Positions 52,601-64,000 of a stretch of DNA of 64,000 nt are shown piece by piece. Position 1 is the stretch's first letter, and every line of letters begins with the position of its first letter. Origin of the DNA: Lytechinus pictus (taxonomy: Eukaryota); assembly GCF_037042905.1 (NCBI RefSeq), contig NC_087251.1:38256001-38320000 (forward strand), read 5' to 3'. The position numbers and the translations under genes are program-made. Under the pieces are notes generated by a model, which made no database searches, was not told the DNA's origin, and saw nothing but the letters and a program-made list of their open reading frames with translations.

Positions 52601-53426
52601 GTCATTCACCTAAAGTATGGTGTTTTTGAAGGGCACACGAGGAATGGTAGTCGCGCATATAAACCCTGACCCTAACTCAACCCGTCACTACCAATGAGCA
52701 ATTTCAAACGCGGGACTCGGGAGAAAAGGAAAAACTAGACGAAGGGGTTAAAAATAGAAATAGATGTGGAGACAAAATTAATACAATCGGAGGAAATGGG
52801 GTGGTAAAAATATCATATGAACGAAAAGGGTAACCGTTTGTCTTTCTTCGTGTAAACATGATACAAATTTAAGAACACGTGAATTGTCGAAGACATTAAT
52901 TAAAAAAAAACAGTGAATATTTTAGCTGTTTGTGATATTTTGCCCTGCTTCCCCGCCAAAAGATGGATAAATTAAAAAGCCCATAAATTCAATAAAAAAT
53001 TATCAAAATCAAACAGAATGTGGGTTGATTCTAAACTAATAATCGTAGCAATCCCTAAAACACCTTTACTCTTTCTCAATGATCATGAATGTCAATTTTT
53101 ACATTTTTTTGCAGGGGGGGGGGGGGGGCACAGACACTTATTCATCATGATCTCCAACACATTGGTTATTTTTACTAATTATTTTAAGAGTGTGTGAGTA
53201 TCTCTAACCCGGAGGAAAGATGATCAATAATAATCTCCATTCATTTTCAATCCATAGAAAGTTCACTCCCAAATGATTTTTTTATAAATAATTTAATCAA
53301 AAACTTAGATCTTATTCCCCCAAAGAATCTTTGTCAGACCGGCTAATTTTCTTCAGCTTCAAGTAAGTTTGTTATCATTTATTGAAACGTAATCGTATGA
53401 ACCTGGCCAGGTATGAGTAGTTCACT

Positions 53427-53699
53427 GTGCCCCGTCTTACAAAGAGTTGCGATTGATCCGATCGATCGCAACTATGGACGGCCAGCAATGTCAACATCTA
53501 TTATGCATGTTTGTTCAAATATTTTCTAGCTATGATGTATATTCATGCATTCAATGTTTTCATGAAAATTTGCTGTGCTTCTCTTTGTTTACAAAAGACA
53601 TTGTGCAAATTTCCTGTAGAAAAAAAATTATGACACTGATGGATTTCCATAGAGTTACGATTGATTGGATCAATCGTAACTCTTTGTACGACGGGGCCC
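53427..53699. mobile_element. MITE family A, copy 3
   Basis: Colinear with 13833-14102; TIR CCCCGTCTTACAAAGAG / CTCTTTGTACGACGGGG. Confidence 0.88.
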
Positions 53700-55654
53700 T
53701 GGACTTGAGATGGGGATATTAAGGCTGCAGGGTCATATGCCCTTTAAAATTATTGTCTAAAATCCACAAAATACATAATACGAGAGAGTATCCACAAGCT
53801 GTGATTTATATTCCCTCCCATGATTCTGTTTGCATTGATTCATATTGTTGGTTGCATGATTTATTTTTTTAATCATTTCATTCATTAGATATTTGCATGA
53901 TGTTCTCCTTTTGTCATATTTTTTTAGCTTTCCAAGTACCCCGGCAACGATTATCTTTATTCTCCCTTAACATGTCGGGTCTCTTTCTAATTATATCTTT
54001 CGAGTTGATTTGCGCTATATAATAAAACAGATATCTTGTGGATAGTTTACTTGAATTAGTTATTTCTTTTTCAAATAAAAAGCAATATCGCTTTTTCGTC
54101 AACATTTGACTTCACCAAAAAAAAACACGATACACATTATGTAAAAATAAAAGTAAACTCAGAAAACTAGATATTCTCTCATTAAGGCATCACAATCAAC
54201 TCATTACAACATGGATTAGCAATTGTACATGTATATAAACTCTTTCAATGGCAATTTTGTCGATCGAGACGCCCTGAGGGGAGATGTAACGCCACATAAT
54301 CTTGCAGCCTGCGTAATACCCCGTATCGACGCTCAACAAACACTTCCACCTTCGCGTCCCAGAAGCCGGATAATGGACAAATCGCAAAAATAATAAGTTG
54401 TAAATAGCTTTGACATGCTAACAACCTTGGATTTGACCTCGTAGTCGGATCCTAAGTGGAAAATAATAATTGGTAATTCAATTTGCGGCGGCTGCGGGCA
54501 CGACTTTGTGCCACTTTTCATTCTTCAGAGTTCGGCCCCTTGATGGAAATATGTTTCCTCGAGAACGGAGGGAGGGATGATAAAATGCATGTGAATATCA
54601 ATTGACTCATCACGGACGGTAATGATTCCAGTACGCTCGTTATGTGCCATGGATAAGGGGGTGGTGGTTGTTACTTGTTTGATTGAGCGAATGCGTCCTT
54701 TTTTAGTTACAAGTTTTCAGGCCTTATATTTGTCCATTTGGGCTTGAATAAACTTTTTTTTTAAATCAAGACAGAGAACGCACAGAGTTTACAAGGATGC
54801 GTATAGCATTTCCATTTATTTGAAATTTTGAATGTGGGATTAAAGAGCACTTACGATTAAATGCCTTGCTCACAGGCATAAAGTGCCATTGCCTGGTAGG
54901 ATCGAACCTCGGACCTTTACCATGTTTACGGAAGGCTCCTCACTCGGTCACAGTACCTCCACAAAGGGGTGTCGGATATTTTCATTACCGATTTTTATGC
55001 CCGCTTAGGTTATTTTTGATAACATTTTGGTGCGAATTCGCGGTTATTACTTAGTTACATACGCATCTTGTTCAGGATCACAAACAGAATTTTAAATTTT
55101 CATGAGAAAATACACGAAAATTAAATAGCTCGCGCTTCGCGCTCGCACTATATAGGGCTTATGAAATTATTTCATATTTATGTTGTTTTATAAGAATAAA
55201 GTTATGAAGTGACTGTGAGGACTCTCCCTTCAAACAAACCAAAATCAATATTGAGCGGTCGATCGGGTAAATAATTTCGGGCCCTACCCCCCACTGGCGA
55301 AAGTTGGATCCGCCCTTGTGACACATACACAGAAAATATTGTTGCCCCCCCCCCATTAAAAAGCAGGAACCCCCGAGTGTCCCCCCCCCCCAGGAAAAAA
55401 TCCTAGCTACACCACTGACCAGCGGATGGACAGGCCCTATTTATATAAAACCAGAAGAAGGTGAAATTTACGGTAAGACCAGAAGGATGACATAAAATAG
55501 TGAAAAGCTGAAAAAAAGATATATGGAGAAGAACTTGTTGAATGAATTTCAATCATCGCGTATATTATAAAAGGAAAGTAGGAAACAGAAAGGAGACGCC
55601 TACATTAAGGGGAAGTTGGACGTCACTTATTTACACTTAGACAACATGTGTTTT

Positions 55655-56209
55655 AAAGAGTTACTCCAGACTGAAAAAAAAAGAATGAATAAAGTATAGG
55701 AAATGAAACAAACAAAACATTGAACATCAATATCGAATGAAAAAAAAAAAGAAAAAAGCAAGGCTTGTAACTCCTAATTCAACTTAAGTTGTGATTTTTT
55801 CGGATCACGTTAAATTTGCAGCGGACGGGACATTTCAAATTTATATTATATTTGCCTACTTCTTTGTATTATGATAAAATGTAATAATTTCCATTATCTA
55901 CTACAGAAATGTAAAAATAGGATTTGCAACTCATTTCATGTGTATCATCACTGCTGTAACTTATTCGGTTACGAGGAAAAAATGTTTTTTCTTAAATATT
56001 TCATAGAAAATGCGATTATGACATCATTATTTATTTCTTTACATATTCACGAAGACCTGCATAAAATCAGTTTATTGAAATGGTGCACAATTTCACATTT
56101 CAAACAACTCCCTTGTTTTCCATCCGATTTGGATGAAATTTTCATTGTTTTAGTTATTTGACTGTACCTTTTTATGTCAAATGTATGTTTTGGCCCGGAG
56201 CATTCCTTT
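55655..56209. mobile_element. Decayed Kolobok-like MITE
   Basis: ttAAAGAGTTACTCCAG...CCGGAGCATTCCTTT ends; internal CATCCGATTT..ATGAAATTTTCA motif shared with about 9075-9490. Confidence 0.45.
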
Positions 56210-58654
56210 TATTTATGCAGACGATTCTAAACAAATATTTTGTGTTCAAGAGTTTAATATTGGTTCCATTTACTTTCTACTGTAAAAAAAATCCACAATC
56301 GGATGATGTATATTTATATATTTTATCTAATCTCATTTGATTGTAAACTTTTCGGATTCAATAAATATCTGTAATTTTAATGAATGAAATAACGATATTT
56401 TATGAACTAAACACACATAGATCCTATCCCAACAAACGATTAAATCTTTGAATATCAAGCAAATGAGAACAACACAAAATATAGTGGCATTGGATAGAAA
56501 ATTCACAGTCCTGAGGTTTTACTTAGAAGTGGGCCCCCCCCCTCCAATCTCTTTTTTCTTCCCACTCTATGTACCTCCCTCTCCCTTGCCTCTCCTTCTC
56601 CCCGCTCCCTCCCCGTCTCTTCAAAATCACCGATTTGACATCAATTTATTTTAAGTTTTAGTAAAATTTATATCAATCATAATATGCACATATCACCGAG
56701 TGAAGAAACATAAGGCTCAAGAAATGTTTTCACAATCCTTGTTTTTGGGTTAGATAATTTCGAACATAAAATCTTCAGCAATACAAAAAAAGAAAACCGA
56801 ATAAAAATTAAATTCTGATATAACTGAAGATAGTACAATTTTCAATGCATATTTTATGTATTTCAATAAATCTCATAACCAAACAAGAAATGAGATCTTT
56901 TGTATGCTCATAAATTTATGAAACGAATAATTAACAGCTTTTGTACAAGCAAAATATATATAAACACACAGGACTTCATTATTTAATGCAATCTTTAAAG
57001 GATCTGTCAAAACATCCGATCTATTCGTGAATGTGTCCGACGAAAACACAATATGAAGGTCAATATTACCGAATGATAATTGTTAAAACGTAACAGAAGT
57101 TTGACTGATTCTTACAATTTTGGGGGTGGACACGTGCATATTCACCAATATATCGGTTTTTCTCATGTAATCCTTCAGAGTGTATGGTCGAAATAGACAC
57201 AGATCGAATAAAATTATTTATACTCTTGAAATGAAAATGATTCGACTATTCAACGATTCAAACCAGAAATAAATTCGCAATGATTCTAAGGTCAAAAATT
57301 GATATACATTATTATACCATCCCTACTTGGTAGAACACGGTGTGTGTATCACAGAGAGTGCATAGCGTGGAACACAATGTGAACTCACCTTCACACTGTT
57401 TAATTTGAGCATTTCAACAGTGTTAATCACATATTCAAACATACAGTCGACTGTGTGAACACGCTCACACTCGAGCTGTCCACAGATTGAAAATATAGCT
57501 TCACATGCATTGTTGAATTTGAGAATTTTAACAGCTAGTGTGAATAATATTTTCACATAGTTCACTATGTGAACGCACATGTGATCACATTGTATTCGTT
57601 CCAGCGGGGATATTCTGGTCACATTAACCTTTAATTCATTCATAAAATGGAATGGTGTCAATTTTGACTGCAATCGTATAGTGCCCTTGGGATTCAGGGT
57701 TACAGCAAAATAATTATATCAGTAAACATGAAGGGTTGCGGAAGGGTTGTTTGATTGACTTGGAATCAGTGTTCAGGGATCGTGCTGCAACTCTTAAAAC
57801 AAATCACTTAAAAGTGATTAGCTGTAAAAGAGTCAGCTGGATCGATGCTATATAGTCTCATTTTACTACAACAAAGTAATTTCGGATACACCTTGCTGAC
57901 TATACTAATCTAGTCAAGTTTACTATTTTTTAAAGAGTGTTGGGCGTTGATGTCCGTGAGATCTGAACGGTGTGTCTGTAGTCATATCTGACTATGTTTT
58001 ATTGGCCCCCATTCTTCACGTTATGTAAAATATTGTTAACTGTAAAATGATAGTATTTACATGCAAATAATTTTTATATATATACATATTTGGCGCAGAT
58101 TATCTGCTCTCATACGTTCACATGTATATTGTTCATAGGTGCAATGGAAATATAAATTTAGATTCCATCTCTGTGTTAATCAAAGAACCATCGTGTTCCG
58201 TGAATGTAATCTAGAACATCCCTCTTAATTAACCTAATTAAACATCAACATACATTATTGGTGTGGGGGACTGGAGCCCTCCCACATAAAGTAAAACTCA
58301 TTATATTTCAATAACTCTTGTTTGAAAAACATGATTTTCATCAGATTTCCTTGAATGTTTTGGCCGATTTTACGTTTCACATGCCAAATCTATGATAACT
58401 TGATAAATGTGGGGTTTTTTTGCCAATCTTTATTACTCACTACCTTCGCATGCACGCTCTCCAGAGAAAATGTAGTCGTCAAATCTCAGCCCTCAATATC
58501 AGTGCACCATTTCGACACAGGCGTGACAACATTCCCAAAGGTATAATATTGCCCATTGGGATCTCATATGCACGAACATGTAATTCATATTTTTCTTGTT
58601 TAAGTTATTCTTTTCATGATTCAATATTTTATGTTTCAATAAAAATCGACTTAC

Positions 58655-59075
58655 CCCTTCCTTTCTCCATCGCGAAGCCGAAGACGACACCGGACGCAGC
58701 CGTCATCAAGAGTTTGACGCTGACCGGAAACCCGTGTTTCGTCGTCGATGACGAGATAGTTGACGATGACGACGATGGTGGTGCTTTCCTCGGGGTTTCC
58801 CCGTTTACCGCGTGATGCGGGATGCTGCCATTGGATGCCGTTCCGTTCACGAGCCTGCCTCCGGAGTACTTACTGTCTCCATTTTCACAGTACTCTGCAT
58901 GAATTAAATGACCGTTCGTCGTGAAACCCTTCCCATCTTTCACTAACGGAGACAAAGTCATGTTCGCCGATTTCATGAACGGCACATTCCCGTTGGCGTC
59001 ACAATCTGCAGGCTCACATTTAAAAGATCTCTGGCGGGCTCCTGTGGTCATCGTGATCGTCGGCGCCGATTCCAT
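58655..59075 (-). CDS. YeeE/YedE-family (TsuA-like) sulfur-compound transporter, coding exon 1
   Basis: ATG at 59075-59073; 140 codons ending ...KLLMTAASGVVFGFAMEKGR G|gtaagtc. The GxxFGFxxxKG helix joins in frame to the exon at 33961. The start codon is the least certain part. Confidence 0.85.
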
Positions 59076-60239
59076 TATGATACTGTCCCCCTTTTTTTCA
59101 GACGAAGAATACCTGACGATCGAGAATGAAATCAGAATGAAAGGAGATGATATTTTGTGTTCAGCAAACAGCCTATTAATATTTGATCATTCCTATCATG
59201 CCTTGCCTTTATTTGAGAATAAATAATCAAAGTTTAAAAAAAAAATGATGGGAGTTAGACTTTAGAACTCCACACTCAGTGGAGCACTGTTTGATCAAAA
59301 TAATTTAGCAGCAGTAAAGAGTAGTCAGATGCTGACCCCGAGTGTATATTTGCTCTTGACGTTACTCTTTTCCGCCTCGTCGCGAAAAGGGTTGAGTTTG
59401 AAAGTCAACTAAAAGACGGACGGCAGGGCAGATAGATCCGAAGGAAGAGAGAAGAATAAAAGTAAAGGACGAGGAGAAAACGTGCTGTGATGAAAGACAG
59501 GTTTGATACCAAGTAGAGGGAAATTAGAGAATGCGTGGGCAAGAGAGCAGAGTTGGATGCCTGATACTAACGAGTAAATCGAGAGTTGGACTTGCGGATC
59601 GTTTCGAGATCTGGTGGGCGGGTGGCTACTGAGAAAAGTTGAGGAAAGTAAATGAACTCGCGTGCTGCTAATCAGGAGCAACTGGGAGCTTTCTCAGGTG
59701 AGATGGAACTAACTTCTGATAACTTTGGGTCATGCAGCCACTTTTAGTAGCTAAGCAAGAACCACTTTAATTAGACATCCAGGGCAGGCGAAAAGCGCTT
59801 CATTGTAGAAACAGACATGCGCATAACGACGTTCTCTTGCACGTTTCGTATCTGCCTGCTGAACCCTGACAATAATGGAGTTAGCCGAATTTTCACGATG
59901 ACTTCGCGCGAGTGTGTCCTTGAGTTCGCATGAACTTTTTCTTCTCTTTTTTGAAAAAAACTCAAATGCTTACGATTTGTGCGCGAGCCTGAATTAATGA
60001 CACACAATAGTATTGAAAACGTCACCCTCCCTGCGTGGAAAAATAAGTAATGGAAACAAAGCTAAAGCGAGACGAAAATGTAAACGCCCTCTCTTGGCGA
60101 AAATGAAAATCATAACAAATTGATAAACATAGAAAATGGCCGAATGACGTGAACGAACTCATGGGGAAATCCCAAACATCGATCATTAGCGGTTTCTGCC
60201 TTATTTTCTTCGTTTTTTGAATGAAGTTCATCGAGTAAA
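59076..60239. promoter_or_regulatory. Divergent (head-to-head) promoter and 5'UTR interval shared by the transporter gene and ATG2
   Basis: 1164 bp between opposite ATGs; repeat-free and relatively CpG-rich. YY1-like AAAATGGC 60133, CRE half-site TGACGT 60145, kB-like GGGGAAATCCC 60163-60173, several GGCGAAAA/CGCGAAAA E2F-like motifs. Confidence 0.6.
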
Positions 60240-60407
60240 ATGCCGTGGTACTTCCCTTGGCCTGATTACATAAAGAAAAAGGCATGCAGGTATTTACTTC
60301 AGCGATATGTCGGCAATTTCTTGGAGGAGAAATTGACTCTCGATCAGCTGAGTGTGGATATTTACAGTGGCACTGGAACAGTGAAAGACGTAAAGCTTGA
60401 TGTCTGG
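60240..60407 (+). CDS. ATG2: Autophagy-related protein 2, first coding exon (chorein-N domain start); gene continues beyond the window
   Basis: ATG at 60240. Encodes MPWYFPWPDYIKKKACRYLLQRYVGNFLEEKLTLDQLSVDIYSGTGTVKDVKLDVW|gtatga, close to the recalled ATG2B N-terminus MPWPFSESIKKRACRYLLQRYLGHFLQEKLSLEQLSLDLYQGTG. Confidence 0.95.
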
Positions 60408-60902
60408 GTATGATTCTTTTTGTTTTGACTTTTTATCATGTACCTACACTACAGGTCTATTTATATCTATAAAAATAGTTATAGTTTTTTCCACAGCATG
60501 GGCTTCATGACTGTTAATTGAATGAGTGAGTAAACTTATAGTAAACTATTGGCTAACCGCTCTAAAAAAAAAGTCCAATCAGATGATCTGGCTGGGGATT
60601 TAGCTCCTGGGCAATCCATATGATTGTATCACGAAATTGTGATATTCCCATTGGAAATGTGTGTATAGGAATTGCATGCGTTAGTAATGGTAATGGCTCT
60701 TATCATGTATCTTTGTATGATGTGTTGTCCATATTTCATGCTCATTTCTAAGAAGTAAGATAACATAATTAGGCTTACCTTTAGAATCCAATGTCATGAA
60801 TCGATTACAAAAATCTCTAGATTTTAAAACGAGAAAACAACGGATACGACGTACCGGTACTTGTTAACTTTTTATTTAGAAATTACGTTTTTGAGATAAA
60901 AG

Positions 60903-61200
60903 CGGATACATGGATACTAAGATACGTGGATACACATGGATACGAGGATACGTGGATACTGGGATACGTGGATACTACTACCGTACTGATAAATGGATAC
61001 ATGGATACGAAGATACGTGGATACGCGGATACGTGGATACTACTACCGTACTGATAACTGGATACATGGATACGAGGATACGTGGATACGCGGATACGTG
61101 GATACTACTCCCGTACTGATAACTGGATACATGGATACGAAGATACGCGGATACGTGGATACGAGGATACGGGCAGCTGGGATAATGTTTGTGGATACGG
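60903..61200. repeat. GGATAC-core minisatellite in ATG2 intron 1
   Basis: 8-9 bp units GGATAC(GT/AT/GC/GA) with three higher-order copies carrying TACTACCGTACTGATAA. Confidence 0.9.
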
Positions 61201-61931
61201 GGGAGGGGGTACAGGGGAGTATCCAGCTTTCGCCAAAGGGGGGGGGGTGGAAGGAGGGAGAGTCGTGGGGGTATGTTATACAGGGGAGGATCCATGCACC
61301 TTTCGCGAAAAGGGGGAAAAGAAGGGAGAATCAGAAAATATTTTCATCCACATTTCAGTCGGTCGATCTGTCGTTAACTAAAAGTAGAATTTTGTTGGTT
61401 TATATTCTTTTCTTGGTTTAACATGGCCCAGTGCAGTACGTGTCTCAGTCATCTTATTTAAAAAAAAAATCATTTTCAAGACAATACAGGCATATAGCTC
61501 ATTTTTTTGTCCTTGTTTAAATACTTTTCCTTTTCCTTTACGTTGTTTTTCTCCTTTCTTTTCTTCTTTTTTTTTTAAATATATTTTTCTTTTCTCTTTT
61601 ATATTCTTCCTTTCTTGTCCATTCTATTTTTGTTTCTTTTTTAATTAAAAGAAAAATTGTACAGGCCTACCTATTTTTTTTTAAATCAAATTCTTGTGAT
61701 TTTCACAGTAAATTATAAGACAGAAAACTGGACTTTTGGTTCGTATAATTAAAATAATATATACATGTATATACCCTTCTTTTTAGAATTGTAGAGCAAT
61801 ATTTTTGCTGTTTTTTTCTCTATAAATCTAGAGATTATGATGAATATGACATGGATTCTGAATGTTTAGGAGGATAAATATGAAGCGATTCGTATAATAT
61901 AGGCATAGCTCATTTTCTGTCCTTGTTTGAA

Positions 61932-62506
61932 CCCCGCGGGGGGGGGGGGCACTTACATTGACGAGTGGATACCATGCGCGACCAAAAAAAAAACACGTAA
62001 AAAGGATGTCTTTTTCACGATAGGGCACGTTATGTACGTAACGTGATAAGGGTGTCAAAAACACAAAAATAATGAAAAAAGGGTATCTATTTCGCTAGGA
62101 AAATTACGTGTTTAGGGTCGAATTCGCGGGGATGATAAAACAAAATTAAAATGTTTTATAAAGGATGTCCTTTTTGCCCCAACACTTCGTATTTAGAGTC
62201 ACGATTTGCGCGAGGTGTAGAAGGTGGGGTCGTACTAAACCAAATAAGGTAAAGCCGACGACCGAAGGACCCGTAACAATAAAACATTCCTGTACTTGTT
62301 TTCCTTTACGTTGTTTTTCTCCTTTCTTTTCTTCTTTTTTTTAAAATTATAAGTAAATAAGTAAAAAAATAAGTAAATTATAAGACAGAAAACTGGACTT
62401 TTGGTTCGTATAAGGGGCGCATTTTCAGAATATGGAAATTACGTGTTTAGGGTGCTTTTCGAGACCCCATGGTCGCGCATGGTATCCACTCGTGAATGGA
62501 AGTGGC
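61932..62506. mobile_element. CCC..G-run TIR non-autonomous DNA element, right end truncated
   Basis: CACTTACATTGACGAGTGGATACCATGCGCGACCA near 61950 is inverted at about 62470-62504; reiterated ACGTGTTTAGGG motif inside. Confidence 0.75.
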
Positions 62507-64000
62507 TCGCGCTTCGCGCTCGCATTGCCTTTGTAATGAATCCCATTCAAGAGAATTAAATGACATTTCATATATCCAGTTCTGAAATCAATTTGCACAC
62601 AATGTTTTAGCTCGCACCTCAAGCTTTCATTATTTTGTTTGATTTACACAAATTGTTATATAAAAGTTTCCAGCTCGCGCTGCGCACTCGCATTGTTTGA
62701 TTTGTGAGATACCTATCCTCTTTGGAAATTCTTTCCAAAATTTGTCAAAATGCTCCTTTATCATGTCAATATACAAAAAATTAAGCTCGTGCTTCGCGCT
62801 CACATTTAATTGTTCGAGACACACAGCTTGCTTTTTTAAGGCGGTTTTCCACTAGGGCGCGGACAAGACCAGGAAGGGTTGCGGAAGCTACTTTTGTCAT
62901 TTCGGCATGCTGTCGGCAACCAAATTCCGTAAAAGATTATGCAAATGATCTTGTCCTAGGACACGATCAGGACTGTCTGCGTATTGTCGTAGGACATTCC
63001 TGGAACTGTCCTGTGACAAGATTATCTAAATCAATTTGTCGGCGTTCGGCGCGGACAGCATGCAGATCGTATTAGGACAGAACCGGAGACATTTAGGACA
63101 ACGTCACGAGTGGTAAATTTAAGGACGAGGACAATAAGAATAATTTTCGGACAAATTGCGAATACTCCAAGAAAATTATCGTTCATATATTTTTTTTTAA
63201 TGAATTTAGGGGTGTTATTTGGGGTTTGGGGTGCGGTTTTTTTTTAAAGAAACATTGATTTTCTTATTAAATCCGATCTAGGAGCAGGCGAGAATGAAGT
63301 AATTCGTCATGAAAGTACGCTATTAAAAAAAAAATCGACTACAAAGACGATGTAGGGTTTTCTTTTATTTCAAATCAAATTGCATACATTGGTGGAAATC
63401 CCTGGGGGACAGGGAGACGCTTCCCCTCACTTTTTGGAATTTGATATCAAATGCCCCCCCCCCCCCACTTTTTGGAACGAGCAAACAAGAAAAAATGGAA
63501 AGAGAGGAAAAAGAAGAGAAAAGAGAATAGAAAATGAAGAGGGAAAATAAGAGGAGTAAGACGAGTGAATAAAATAAGATGAGGGGGGGGGGGATTTCAT
63601 GTCACTATTTTAAATTTTCGCTCGCTTTGTGCTCACATTGCCTAATCTATGATATACATAACTTGCTCAATAGGCTTATATTGAGCTTAAAATATCAAGT
63701 TTTGAAGTAAATATATGAAATATTTCTCGGACACTGAGTTTTCAATTTGTTTGATTTACAAATATATTTTATAGTTTTCTGTAAAATTACTATATTTTAT
63801 GGTCTAAATATCGACATTTTCCGCTCGCGCTGCGCACTAGCATTATTTAATTCGTCAAGTAACTATTCTCTTCGTGTATTCCATATTTTTTTGAAAAATA
63901 TCCCTTTTTAGGCTTATCTGATTCTGAATAGTATCAGCTAAAGCTGCGCACTTGCATTTTCATTGGGGAGTAATGTATACCTATATCAATTGTAACAAAT
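62505..64000. repeat. Array of GCTCGCGCTTCGCGCTCGCA-motif repeats, interrupted by other element fragments at about 62838-63600
   Basis: Motif at about 62505, 62672, 62785, 63620, 63822 and 63940; isolated copies at about 41069 and 55128. Confidence 0.65.

Noticed and set aside
59409..60285. Small minus-strand ORFs as a GSKIP-like partner of ATG2
   Set aside because: The translations show no similarity to GSKIP or any family I recognise; they are probably UTR or promoter sequence.
60910..61421. Repetitive ORFs (DTWIRGY repeats)
   Set aside because: Products of the GGATAC minisatellite inside ATG2 intron 1.

Overview
AT-rich, intron- and repeat-rich animal genomic DNA, most likely an invertebrate deuterostome such as a sea urchin (inferred from repeat style and gene structure). 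Three spliced genes were reconstructed by hand; the ORF track misses most of them. (1) The last six coding exons of GPATCH2 (+, 1112-8600), including an R3H-like segment before the G-patch. (2) A complete 8-exon, 481-aa gene (-, 59075-18752) for a YeeE/YedE (TsuA-like) sulfur-compound transporter, with CPG and GGCTSGHG motifs and a 24.7-kb first intron. (3) The first coding exon of ATG2 (+, 60240-60407), head-to-head with the transporter. Non-coding DNA holds many MITEs, tRNA-derived SINEs, two Helentron/pearl-like elements and minisatellites. The most notable non-genic signals are a minimal type I hammerhead ribozyme (-, 10545-10584) in a Penelope-like insertion, and a tRNA-like Pol III cassette between 65-bp inverted repeats with a 14-bp flanking duplication (8056-8346). 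No database searches were run; homology calls rest on recalled family motifs.
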